From the NCBI RefSeq assembly GCF_001194135.2, contig NC_069008.1:16760532-16797951 (forward strand): DNA of 37,420 nt, written 5' to 3'. This document shows, piece after piece, positions 22,270-33,236 of the stretch (position 1 is the first letter of the stretch; each line of letters opens with the position of its first letter). The DNA is from Octopus bimaculoides (lineage: Eukaryota). The notes under the pieces are model-generated. The model made no database searches and had not been told where the DNA came from. It worked only from the letters and a program-made list of their open reading frames with translations. The translations under genes were made by a program, and so were the position numbers.

Positions 22270-22878
22270 TGCAAGTAACCTAACGGTTTGGTAAAAAGAA
22301 AACTGATAGAATAAGCACCAGGCTTTAAAGGAACAGGTGCAGGGATCGATCCGTTCGGCTAATCGCCATCGATCGAGGCGGTGCTCCAGCATAACCGTAG
22401 TCCACAGACGGAAACAGAAAACAGATCAAAGAATAATATATGTATATATGAGGTAGAAAAGAAGGAGAAGAAGAAGGACAAGAAGAAAGAGAGAGAAAGA
22501 CATGACCAGACCTGTTCACGACGTCACATCGTAATTATAAGAGTTAAAACCAATTAAGTTAAGATTCATCAGGAAACAGGAAGAGTTGTCTTCTCCTTTT
22601 CTGGTTAATTTTTCATTTGAATTTGGAAATTATAAATCAGGTTGAAGATTATTTACATTTTCGTTTCGGTTTTGTTCTTTTCAGGCAAAAAAAAAGACCC
22701 CAGGAGGGTGTCGCTTGACAACCGTAGTTTACTTGTTATAGAGTACCTGGCAACCGGTGACGACCGGTGATAGGGAGAATGTATGTTCTGTCAGAAATAA
22801 ACATCCGGTTGTGGTGGTGGTGGTGGTGGTGTGAGGCAATGGCGAAGCTGACGAACACAAACACAAAGGCACGCGCAC

Positions 22879-22908
<30 letters not shown>

Positions 22909-22909
<1 letters not shown>

Positions 22910-23049
22910 AGTAGCTTTCTTACCAACCACATGGTTCCGGGTTCATTCCCACTGCGTGGGACCTTGGGCAAGTGTCTTCTACTATAGCCTCGGGCCGACC
23001 AAAGCCTTGTGAGTGGATTTGGTAGACGGAAACTGAAAGAAGCCCATCC

Positions 23050-23086
<37 letters not shown>

Positions 23087-23301
23087 TTGTGTGTCTGTGT
23101 TTGTTCTCTCACCATCGCTTGACAACCGATGCTGGTGTGTTTACGTCCCCGTAACTTAGCGGCTCGGCAAAAGAAAGACCGATAGAATAAGTACTAGGCT
23201 TACAAAAGAATAAGTCCTGGGGTCGATTTGCTCGACTAAAGGCGGTGCTCCATCATGGCCGCAGTCAAATGACTGAAACAAGTAAAAGAGTAAAGAGAGT
23301 A
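22909..23301 (+). mobile_element. SINE family A, near full-length reference copy (tRNA-derived head, central TA/TG microsatellite, 3' AAGAGTA-like tail)
   Basis: Head with B-box-like GGTTCATTCCC, then CCTTGGGCAAGTGTCTTC, a central microsatellite, and a 3' half ending GGCGGTGCTCCATCATGGCCGCAGTCAAATGACTGAAAC. More than a dozen partial copies occur in the window. tRNA-derived SINE families are known from octopus, but I cannot assign a name. Confidence 0.85.
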
Positions 23302-24245
23302 TATGTATATCGATCTATCCATCGATCCATGGCTACAATCTAATGACTGAAACAAGTTAAGGAATAAGAAATATCACGGTAAGTCCAGGACCCTAACCCC
23401 TAAGCCATGCCCCCCACTCCAGAAGCCCTTTTCTTTCTACATTATCAAGGGACCACCACGGGGCTGACAAGCTGGAGGAGAATAATGATAATCTTTCTTA
23501 ATCTGTTGCTTACCTTTCTTCGTGTTCGTCTCAGCTTCTGGTTAATCCTAACCTGACTTCATCGTCGTTAATATCCTTACCAACTCCGTCAGCACAGCCA
23601 GCAGTGTCGGCGTCAGCGTCAGCATCGCCGTTTGCTGTCACTGTCATCACACGACAACTTGATTAAGGCGTCTCCATGACGACGGCGGCGATCGTCGACT
23701 GCCGTCAGCCTCGTCGCCCTGCCACCACCGATGCCACCGCCGCCACCACCACCACCATCATCATCATCCTCACCACNNNNNNNNNNNNNNNNNNNNNNNN
23801 NNNNNNNNNNNNNNNNNNNNNNNNNNNNNNNNNNNNNNNNNNNNNNNNNNNNNNNNNNNNNNNNNNNNNNNNNNNNNNNNNNNNNNNNNNNNNNNNNNNN
23901 NNNNNNNNNNNNNNNNNNNNNNNNNNNNNNNNNNNNNNNNNNNNNNNNNNNNNNNNNNNNNNNNNNNNNNNNNNNNNNNNNNNNNNNNNNNNNNNNNNNN
24001 NNNNNNNNNNNNNNNNNNNNNNNNNNNNTGATCACCACCACCACACGAACCACCACAACCACCACCACCACCATCACCACCACCACTACCACTACCACCA
24101 CAACCTCCACCACCACACCAACCACCATCACTATAACCAGAAATTATCAGAAAAGCCATTTCTATTCCTTTTCCCAACGACATAATACTGTACCGAGGAT
24201 TTTCCATTTCTTATTCTACATTCATACACGCACACACATACACAC

Positions 24246-24461
24246 ACAAAGGGTTGTTGAAAATTTCCTGGCTCTGGATAAAAGAAAATCCAGGGGGAAT
24301 CAGTTATTTATGATTTTATCCAACATATTCCCCCTTTCAGATATTCACACACTTATTGCAGTGGTCCCTTCAGTTTTTCTAAGCCTTGTAAAAGAACTCA
24401 GAAAGTTAGGCCTGCAACCAGGCCCTTCACAACACCCGAGAACCTTTCAGCAACCCCTTGT
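24246..24461 (-). mobile_element. Mariner-derived MITE, third copy, inverted
   Basis: Reverse complement of the 14584-14801 element. Confidence 0.8.
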
Positions 24462-24469
24462 CTATACAT

Positions 24470-24690
24470 TTCTGTGTCTTTGTGTCTGTTTGCCCTCCAC
24501 AACTGTTTTAACGACCGGTGTTGGTATGTTTACATCCGTGCAACCAAGTGGTTTCGCAAAAGAGATTGATAGAAATAAGTAAGAAGTACCAAAGAAAACA
24601 AAACCTTACAGGGGTCAATTCATTCGATTAGACGTTCTCCAAGGCAGTACCCCAGCATGGCCGCAGTCTAATGCACGAAACAAGTGAAAC
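24470..24690 (+). mobile_element. SINE family A, 3' half
   Basis: tgtttgccctcc...accggtgttggtatgtttac...ccccagcatggccgcagtctaat. Confidence 0.7.
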
Positions 24691-25024
24691 CCATAAAGGT
24701 CGAGGTCGACTAAATCCCCTTTGACCAAAGGACAGTTTGAAATCGTTGCTTACCTGGGGTTTTAAGGAACAGCAATGTTACATCTCCAGGTGTGTCGTCT
24801 TCATTCACAACGCCGTTGCCCTTAATCTGGAACTGTTACTCCACCCCCAACCCCCACCGCCCTCGCCACCACATCACCCTATCATACACACACACACACA
24901 CACATACACACACATACAAACATACATACACACATACATAACACAAACACACAAATACACACACACACACACACACATAAACAGTGTGTCTCATTTTTGT
25001 TCATCTCTTATACCTCCATACCTG

Positions 25025-25183
25025 CTCCTCTCTCTCTCTCTCTCTCTCTGTCTCTCTATCTCTTATTTCATTGCATTTCTCTCTCTCTATCTATCTGTTC
25101 CTTTCTTTCTCTCTCTGCTTCTTTCTTTCTTTCTCTCTCTCTCCATTTGTCTCTCTGTCTGTCCCTGTCTTTCTCTCTCTCTC

Positions 25184-25224
<41 letters not shown>

Positions 25225-25446
25225 ATCTCTCTCTCTCTCTTTATCTCTCTCTCTTTCTCTCTTTATCTCTCTCTCTCTCTCTCTTTATCTCTCTCTCTCT
25301 CTTTCTCTCTCTCTCTTTCTCTCTCTGTCTCCCTTTGTGTGTCTTTCTCTCTTCACCCCTCTCTTACCCCTTATTCTACCCTCTCTCTATCCCCTCCTTC
25401 GTCTCTCTGTCTGTCCTTGCTTCTCCATCCCTCTCTCCTCCTCTTT
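25025..25446. repeat. (CT)n-rich array; (CCA)n/(ACC)n arrays flank gap 23777-24028
   Basis: Direct reading. Confidence 0.9.
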
Positions 25447-25689
25447 NNNNNNNNNNNNNNNNNNNNNNNNNNNNNNNNNNNNNNNNNNNNNNNNNNNNNN
25501 NNNNNNNNNNNNNNNNNNNNNNNNNNNNNNNNNNNNNNNNNNNNNNNNNNNNNNNNNNNNNNNNNNNNNNNNNNNNNNNNNNNNNNNNNNNNNNNNNNNN
25601 NNNNNNNNNNNNNNNNNNNNNNNNNNNNNNNNNNNNNNNNNNAGAAGTTTTAGTCAATTGAATTGACCCCCCAATTCTTTCATTCTATC

Positions 25690-25880
25690 ACTCTTTTACT
25701 TGCTTTAGACATGTGACTGCGGCCATGCTGGAGCAGCGCCTTTAGTCGAACAAATCAACCCCCAGGACTTATTCTTTGTAAGCCTAGTACTTATTTTATC
25801 GGTCTGTTTTGCTGAACTGCTAAGTTACGGGGACGTAAACAGACCAACATAGGTTGTCAAGCGATGGTGGAGGGGACACA
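25690..25880 (-). mobile_element. SINE family A, 3' half
   Basis: gactgcggccatgctggagcagcgcctttagtcg...gttacggggacgtaaac. Confidence 0.75.
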
Positions 25881-26638
25881 CACACACACACACACACATA
25901 CACACACACACACGTACTCACACAGAGTTGAAACGCTAACTTTTTTTTCAGCGTTGAATGTTCACCATCCCACTTCCACTGCCCCCCCCACACACACACA
26001 CATGCGCGCGCGCACGCACGCACACATCCACATCCACATACCTCCCTTTTACATACACACACACACACTCACACAGAGTAGTAACACTCCCACAACCAGT
26101 TTACCATCACCACCCCTTCCTTCCTTCCTTATTCATCTATCACCCTCTTCCTTTGCCATTCATATGTTGTGACGGAGAAAAACACAAGACAAGACAGTCA
26201 CTCACCTTTCATTTCAAAACTGGAAGTGACTTTATCAAACGAGTCTAATTAACAAATAAACTCGACAAGAAAAAACCTCTCCCTCAGATGTCTGTAATGT
26301 CGAGTAAATAGGTCGCAACCTTGGTCGCTATCGAAATTATTGGTAGAAACAAAAAGTGCGACCTATGCTCGAGTGTATACGAGTATATCTGAAGCAAAAA
26401 AAAATCTTATAAGGTCTCCCAGGGACCATATGAACCTTGGTTTAGAACCATTGGTTCTGAAACTAGTGAGCTCCGTTTAAAAAAACTCCCGCCAAATATT
26501 TCAGCCATACATTTTTACCTGTCTAATGTAAAAAACGTTGTTCACTAAAGCGAGCAGCTCTCATTCTTTTTGACTACGTGGCACACAGGGAATCGAATAA
26601 AATATAATTATAGGAAAGGTATGTGAGGTATTTGGCTT

Positions 26639-26813
26639 GGTCTAGGACATTTATCCCCACCATCCATGGACAATAACTCCCCACCAAGGACAATTATCTC
26701 TCAGGACAACAGATGATGGTTTAAAACTTCTTAATATATTGCAGAGGGGGTAATTAACCAGCGAGGGTAATTGTCCAAGGAGGTAGTTGTCGTCGGGGGG
26801 AAATTGTCCTGAT
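26639..26813. mobile_element. Inverted-repeat element with GGACAATT/AATTGTCC subterminal motifs (right arm also at about 878-971)
   Basis: Left arm ggacatttatcccc...ggacaataactcccc...ggacaattatc; right arm ggggtaattaacca...gggtaattgtcc...ggggggaaattgtcc. Confidence 0.55.
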
Positions 26814-26927
26814 ACCATTTGGCTGCTATGTCTAGTAAGTATGGACAACCGTGTATAGAACGTACAAACATTATACATAAATATCTTTTTACACACGTAC
26901 TTATATAGATATGTACACATACATCAA

Positions 26928-26960
<33 letters not shown>

Positions 26961-27712
26961 AACCACATGGTTCCGGGTTCAGTCCCACTGTGTGGCACCT
27001 TGGGCAAGTGTCTTCTACTATAGCCTCGGGCCGACCAAAGCCTTGTGAGTGGATTTGGTTGACGGAAGCTGAAAGAAGCCTGTCGTATATATGTGTGTAT
27101 ATATATACATATATATNNNNNNNNNNNNNNNNNNNNNNNNNNNNNNNNNNNNNNNNNNNNNNNNNNNNNNNNNNNNNNNNNNNNNNNNNNNNNNNNNNNN
27201 NNNNNNNNNNNNNNNNNNNNNNNNNNNNNNNNNNNNNNNNNNNNNNNNNNNNNNNNNNNNNNNNNNNNNNNNNNNNNNNNNNNNNNNNNNNNNNNNNNNN
27301 NNNNNNNNNNNNNNNNNNNNNNNNNNNNNNNNNNNNNNNNNNNNNNNNNNNNNNNNNNNNNNNNNNNNNNNNNNNNNNNNNNNNNNNNNNNNNNNNNNNN
27401 NNNNNNNNNNNNNNNNNNNNNNNNNNNNNNNNNNNNNNNNNNNNNNNNNNNNNNNNNNNNNNNNNNNNNNNNNNNNNNNNNNNNNNNNNNNNNNNNNNNN
27501 NNNNNNNNNNNNNNNNNNNNNNNNNNNNNNNNNNNNNNNNNNNNNNNNNNNNNNNNNNNNNNNNNNNNNNNNNNNNNNNNNNNNNNNNNNNNNNNNNNNN
27601 NNNNNNNNNNNNNAAAAGCGTATTGGGATCGATTAGGTCGACTACGATGCTTCGAGACGCTGCTCCAGCATGGACGTAATCTAATGACTGAAACAAGACA
27701 CAAAAATAAAAG
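26961..27712 (+). mobile_element. SINE family A spanning gap 27117-27613
   Basis: 5' half at 26961-27090; 3' end at 27615-27712. Confidence 0.75.
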
Positions 27713-28346
27713 ACGTGTGTGTGTGTGTTTATGTATACACCACACACACACACACACACACACACGTGGATATTTCTTGAAACTTTACTGCGAGTTCAAT
27801 TCGTTTGTTCGTTCTAATGACGGGGTCAGGTCCTGAAATGTCCCACGCCCTCAGCCCCGAAGGACATTCGATAAGAACTTTGGCCGTTGGTTTCGTGTTT
27901 ATTTAGGCTGTTTGTATTTGACACATACATAACATGTGGGAAAATTATACAAACACACACACAGAGGTGTGTATGTGTCTTATACGAATGTGTGTGTGTG
28001 TGTGTGTGTGTGTCGTATGTATTAAGCAATGTGTGTGTGTGTATCATGTATGTTATTTATGTGTGTGTGTGTGTGTGTGTGTATGTAGTAGAAATACTGA
28101 CGGAACAGGCGATTTTTAACAACATGGCTTTTTCTTACGTATCAGGTCACCACATAAACGTGGATGTTGTGAGAGTGAGAGAGAGGGAGAGGGAGAGAGG
28201 GAGAGATAAACAAAAATAGAGCTAGAGAGGAAGAGAGGTATAGTGAGAGAGAGAGAGAGAGACAATGAGAGGGGGAGAGGAAGAGAGAGAGTGAGAGACA
28301 ATGAGCGGTGGTGGGAGAGAGGAAGAAAGATGCATAGACAGAGAGG

Positions 28347-28396
<50 letters not shown>

Positions 28397-28494
28397 CAAA
28401 TAGACAGAGAGATATAGAGATAGACAGACGGAAAAAGAGAGAGACAGACAAATACAGAGAAAAATGGAAGCAGTTGACAAACAGAGAAGAGAGG

Positions 28495-28925
28495 GAGGGA
28501 GAGAGAGAGAGACTGACAAATAGATAGAGCGACCACGAGAGAGAGAGAGAAAGAGATAAACAGACGAAAGGAGGGAGAGAGAGAGAGAGGCAGGCAGAAA
28601 TAGACAGAGAAAGATATATATATAAACAGAGGGAGGGAGAGAGAGAGAGAGACTGACAAATAGATAGAGCGACCACGAGAGAGAGAGAGAGAGAGAAAGA
28701 GATAAACAGACGAAAGGAGGGAGAGGAGGCAGGCAGAAATAGACAGAGAAAGATATACATATAAACAGAGGAAGTGAGAGAGAGATAGACTGACAAATAG
28801 ATAGAGCGAACAAGAGAGAGAGAGAGAGGGAGAAATAAATAAACAGACGAAAGGAGGGAGAGAGAGAGAGAGGCAGGCAGAAATAGACAGACAAATATAC
28901 ATATAAACAGAGGGAGAGAGAGAGA
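28495..28925 (+). repeat. Three ~138-bp GA-rich tandem units upstream of the TMEM267 ATG
   Basis: GACTGACAAATAGATAGAGCG at 28511, 28651 and 28788. Confidence 0.85.
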
Positions 28926-28984
28926 GTGTGTGTGTTAGAGAGGGTAGAAATGTATTTATGGAGTGCGTGGCCAAATAAGATGGC

Positions 28985-29362
28985 ATGAATTTTCACTTGT
29001 GGTCGCCTATGTTAATTGTTTACAGTGTTCTCCTGGTGCTGACATGCTTAATAGGGGACCATCTACCTCGGATGAACCATGTCGGGCCCTACATCAACCG
29101 TCATCTATTCCTGAGGGTTGCCATCGACAACTTCACCCACGGTATAATCGGATTCCTTTCCTGGGCCATAGTGCTCGATCTCGATCTAGTAAACACCGAC
29201 ACCAACGCGCCTGTTATGTTCCTTCCGTCTTCTGGGTTCGTCCCCACCCGAAGCCTGATGGACGTACAGCAGAGTAGCCTCCTGGCCTGTTTGCTTTGCA
29301 TGGTACTGGCCATGTCTGTGGACGTTGACCATTTCCTGGCAGCGAGAAGTTTCAGTCTTCAG
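28985..29362 (+). CDS. TMEM267: TMEM267 (C5orf28) coding exon 1
   Basis: MNFHLW...LRVAIDNFTHGIIGFLSWA...SVDVDHFLAARSFSLQ|gtaaga. 126 codons, phase-0 donor; matches human LRALSDNAVHCVIGMWSW...IDVDHFFLAGSMSLK. Confidence 0.93.
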
Positions 29363-30754
29363 GTAAGAAACTAATTCGAAACAACCTCTACCTGGTCGCT
29401 AGATTCACTAGAAATAACAGCCAGAGTCAATTTCCTGGGGGTTAATCGTAAAATATTTACCACCAACAACCCGCTGTTTTGCGGAGACCTATTTTGCTGA
29501 TAATGGAATGGTTAACACGGTTTCGATTCCTGGCATACCTACACAAATAGCCAAATGTCACCTCAACGATTTTACTTCCTCATAACTTCCAGAAAATTTG
29601 ATATTTTTAAATGAAATTTTATATAAATACACTTCTGATCGTATAAATTCCGATTATATCGGAATTTGTGGCGAAAAATATTTTTTCCGAGGGTGGGGGG
29701 ACGAGGAGTTTTGGAGAATTCACACGAATAGGCTTTGTTTCCTTATAACTTTCAGAAAATTTGGTAATTTTTTATGAAATTTTCTACAAATACCTTTCAG
29801 AGTGTGTATATTACGATTATATCGGAATTTAATGGGAAAAAAAAAACTGGTACGCTCGCACACACACACTGACACACGTCACATAATCTACAAAATAAAA
29901 CTTGAATGTATGAGTTCACCAATTTATTATTATTATTATTATTTATATTAAATAATACCTATATAATCGTAATTACACCATCTAAAAGTTATTTAAAGAA
30001 AATTTCATTAAAAATTACCCATTTTATAAAAAAATTATGAGGTGGGGCACATTTATGTAGTTGCTTAGTTTAAATCCCCGGTTAACATGTAGTTTAGCGT
30101 CGTAAATTTCATAAAAACCAGGCACCTAGTTTATTATATTACCTTCTAGCGATAGCACGAGCATTTCTGAAATAACTACCGAGGGTCCACCGCTGTAACA
30201 TAATATATAATCTTAAATATACCTAACAACCAATACCAGTGAAAAATCACAGGGACATGTGTGATACCTAATGGGGTCAGCTCCCTATATTTGATAACCG
30301 ATGGGCTGGGCTTTCTGTGTTATTTTTGGCCACATATCTAGTTGTGAAATTGTTAAACATTCCTTGAATATTGTTGATCCAATGAGAGTATCCATATACA
30401 AGGGTGATAGATGTTCGCACAGGAGTAGACCCAGGTGAGAACGTAGAAGAAGTATCTATATGACGACTATATATTACAAAATAAGTTCGGTGACTGTGAA
30501 AAAACTATAAGTATTTTCTAATCATTGTTTTTTCCTGTTAGATAAATATATTCGAGGCTCCGATGAAGCTATAAAGTGTTATTTAGGCACTCAACTATGA
30601 GTCCACAGCACCTTGTTGCAGAAACAGCAGTAAGCCGATGAAGTTCATTATATAATCGTTTTTCCCTTTGTCATTTCTTTTTGTTACACAAATCTAATGA
30701 AATTATAAGATTTCATCGTGGTCATTTTCAGTTTTTAATGCAAATACCTTCATA

Positions 30755-31087
30755 TTTCGACTTGGCCTTTCGTCGTTCCAGGCGTTGATGTTCTTTCATT
30801 CTGAGTTCAAATCCCACCGAGGTCGACTTGGCCTTTCGTCATTCTAAGGCTTGATAAAATAAACTAGCAGTTGTTTTTACTCGTTTCCGAGCTCAAATCC
30901 TGTTGAGGTCGACTTGGCCTTTCGTCATCCTAGGGCTTGATTAAATAAACTAGCAGTTGTTTTTTCTCGTTTCCGAGTTCAAATCCTGTTGAGGTCGACT
31001 TGGCCTTTCGTCATCCTTGGGCTTGATTAAATAAACTAGCAGTTGTTTTTTCTCGTTTCCGAGTTCAAATCCTGTTGAGGTCGACTT
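30755..31087 (+). repeat. 86-bp minisatellite derived from the SINE D head, running into an 872-N gap
   Basis: GAGGTCGACTTGGCC recurs at 30819, 30905, 30991 and 31077. Confidence 0.92.
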
Positions 31088-32897
31088 NNNNNNNNNNNNN
31101 NNNNNNNNNNNNNNNNNNNNNNNNNNNNNNNNNNNNNNNNNNNNNNNNNNNNNNNNNNNNNNNNNNNNNNNNNNNNNNNNNNNNNNNNNNNNNNNNNNNN
31201 NNNNNNNNNNNNNNNNNNNNNNNNNNNNNNNNNNNNNNNNNNNNNNNNNNNNNNNNNNNNNNNNNNNNNNNNNNNNNNNNNNNNNNNNNNNNNNNNNNNN
31301 NNNNNNNNNNNNNNNNNNNNNNNNNNNNNNNNNNNNNNNNNNNNNNNNNNNNNNNNNNNNNNNNNNNNNNNNNNNNNNNNNNNNNNNNNNNNNNNNNNNN
31401 NNNNNNNNNNNNNNNNNNNNNNNNNNNNNNNNNNNNNNNNNNNNNNNNNNNNNNNNNNNNNNNNNNNNNNNNNNNNNNNNNNNNNNNNNNNNNNNNNNNN
31501 NNNNNNNNNNNNNNNNNNNNNNNNNNNNNNNNNNNNNNNNNNNNNNNNNNNNNNNNNNNNNNNNNNNNNNNNNNNNNNNNNNNNNNNNNNNNNNNNNNNN
31601 NNNNNNNNNNNNNNNNNNNNNNNNNNNNNNNNNNNNNNNNNNNNNNNNNNNNNNNNNNNNNNNNNNNNNNNNNNNNNNNNNNNNNNNNNNNNNNNNNNNN
31701 NNNNNNNNNNNNNNNNNNNNNNNNNNNNNNNNNNNNNNNNNNNNNNNNNNNNNNNNNNNNNNNNNNNNNNNNNNNNNNNNNNNNNNNNNNNNNNNNNNNN
31801 NNNNNNNNNNNNNNNNNNNNNNNNNNNNNNNNNNNNNNNNNNNNNNNNNNNNNNNNNNNNNNNNNNNNNNNNNNNNNNNNNNNNNNNNNNNNNNNNNNNN
31901 NNNNNNNNNNNNNNNNNNNNNNNNNNNNNNNNNNNNNNNNNNNNNNNNNNNNNNNNNNNGTGTTTGTATTTATTTTCTGTTCAACAACTTTTCGCTAATT
32001 TTCTATGTACCGTGATTTGAGGAATATTTGGCTGCTATTTCTAGGACTAACCCTAACCCTTGGAGATTAAATACGCTTTACACCGCTTAAACTGCCAAAG
32101 GAGTAACTGTAAACAGCTGAATACTTGTCAGTGATTGGTTGAAATTATCGAAATAAGACAATTTTTTACATGAAATAAATTCGAATACAAAATTTTTTTT
32201 CTGTTCTATAACACAAAATAGATAAGTATACGAAGTTTGAAAGTCTTTCGGTGCCAAAAACACTACGTAAAACATTAATGAAAACTGGTGCCCCTGTTTT
32301 GAACTAGATCCTGTGTTTGTTTGTGTGGGCGATCTTTCAGTACGATTTCCTGATCGCCTTTGTGTGTATGCGTTTGTGTATGTGTTTGTGTATGTGTGTG
32401 TATTTGTGTTTGTGTGTGCGTTTGTTTGTGTGTTTGTATGTGTTTGTGTGTGTGTGTGTTAACAGTCTGGCTACGACCAGTTTGGCGTAACGCCTCGTCT
32501 TCCAAAGATGTCCTCAGCACTTAAAGTTTTTAATACAAAAATAACTTCGCAGGACTCCAAACTAAGTTTTGCTACTTTATATATTTCGTCAACATCACCG
32601 TAGAACATTCTAATCAAGGATGGGCACGGATGGACTACTTTTTATCACAAATTGAACTTAATCTCGACTGACCTGGGTTGGGAAGGGTAAAATACCTCTT
32701 TGTTGAGTTACTTCTCTTTAGGTTCTGAGTTCGATTTCCGACAAGGTGGATTTTTGCCCTTAGTACTTTTTATGATGATGATTGCGGTGGTGGTGATTAT
32801 GATGACGATGACGATGATATTTATATGTGAATGTGTATCATACATATGTATTCATTGTGTCTCTTTTTTTTCTTTTTCCTTCCTCTTTCTCTTGCAG

Positions 32898-33236
32898 GAC
32901 GCCCTCAGTCTACCTTCAAGACCGCCATTCCATTGTACCACACTGATTCCTGTTGTCGTGGCTTCATCTCTCCTCATGACGTACGCGTTTCATTCAAGAC
33001 AGTTTTGCCGGTGCTTCAAATTCAGTCTCTTGTTCCTCACAGCATTTCTCTCTCATCACATTCGGGACGCTCGCCGCCACGGCCTGTGGCTCTGGCCGTT
33101 CGGCGCCACCCCTCCTTTACCATATATGGTCTACATTCTGTGCACACTCCTCTTACCAGTCGCTGTTAAATTCTGTCACAGTACTTTATTTATAGAGAAT
33201 CAACCAACTCATCTGGGATCCATTCAAATACTCTGA
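32898..33236 (+). CDS. TMEM267: TMEM267 coding exon 2 (terminal)
   Basis: ctcttgcag|DALSLPSRPPFHCTTLIP...SHHIRDARRHGLWLWPFGATPPLPY...* matches human AALTLPRRPFLHCSTVIP...[24 protein letters not shown]. Joined product is 238 aa. Confidence 0.95.
   Translation, partial: DALSLPSRPPFHCTTLIPVVVASSLLMTYAFHSRQFCRCFKFSLLFLTAFLSHHIRDARRHGLWLWPFGATPPLPYMVYILCTLLLPVAVKFCHSTLFIENQPTHLGSIQIL

Larger units (their letters stand above)
1313..31959. other. Assembly gaps: 1313-1322, 3181-3562, 7335-8181, 13690-14112, 20527-21465, 23777-24028, 25447-25642, 27117-27613, 31088-31959 (the range spans them all)
   Basis: N runs, nearly all bordered by microsatellites or repeats. Confidence 0.98.

Noticed and set aside
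26300-26372. Inverted repeat TCGAG..ATAGGTCGCA / TGCGACCTAT.CTCGA as a promoter element
   Set aside because: Resembles decayed TIRs of a small Tc1/pogo-type MITE; no independent evidence of regulatory function.
28963-29277. Alternative-frame 104-aa ORF overlapping TMEM267 exon 1
   Set aside because: Non-ATG start, no recognisable features, expected by chance within a coding exon.
30755-31087. CRISPR-like regular repeats (also 2960-3095)
   Set aside because: Contiguous tandem units without unique spacers, in a eukaryotic intron with no cas genes.
2783-31998. Long ORFs containing X runs
   Set aside because: Open only because N gaps contain no stop codons.
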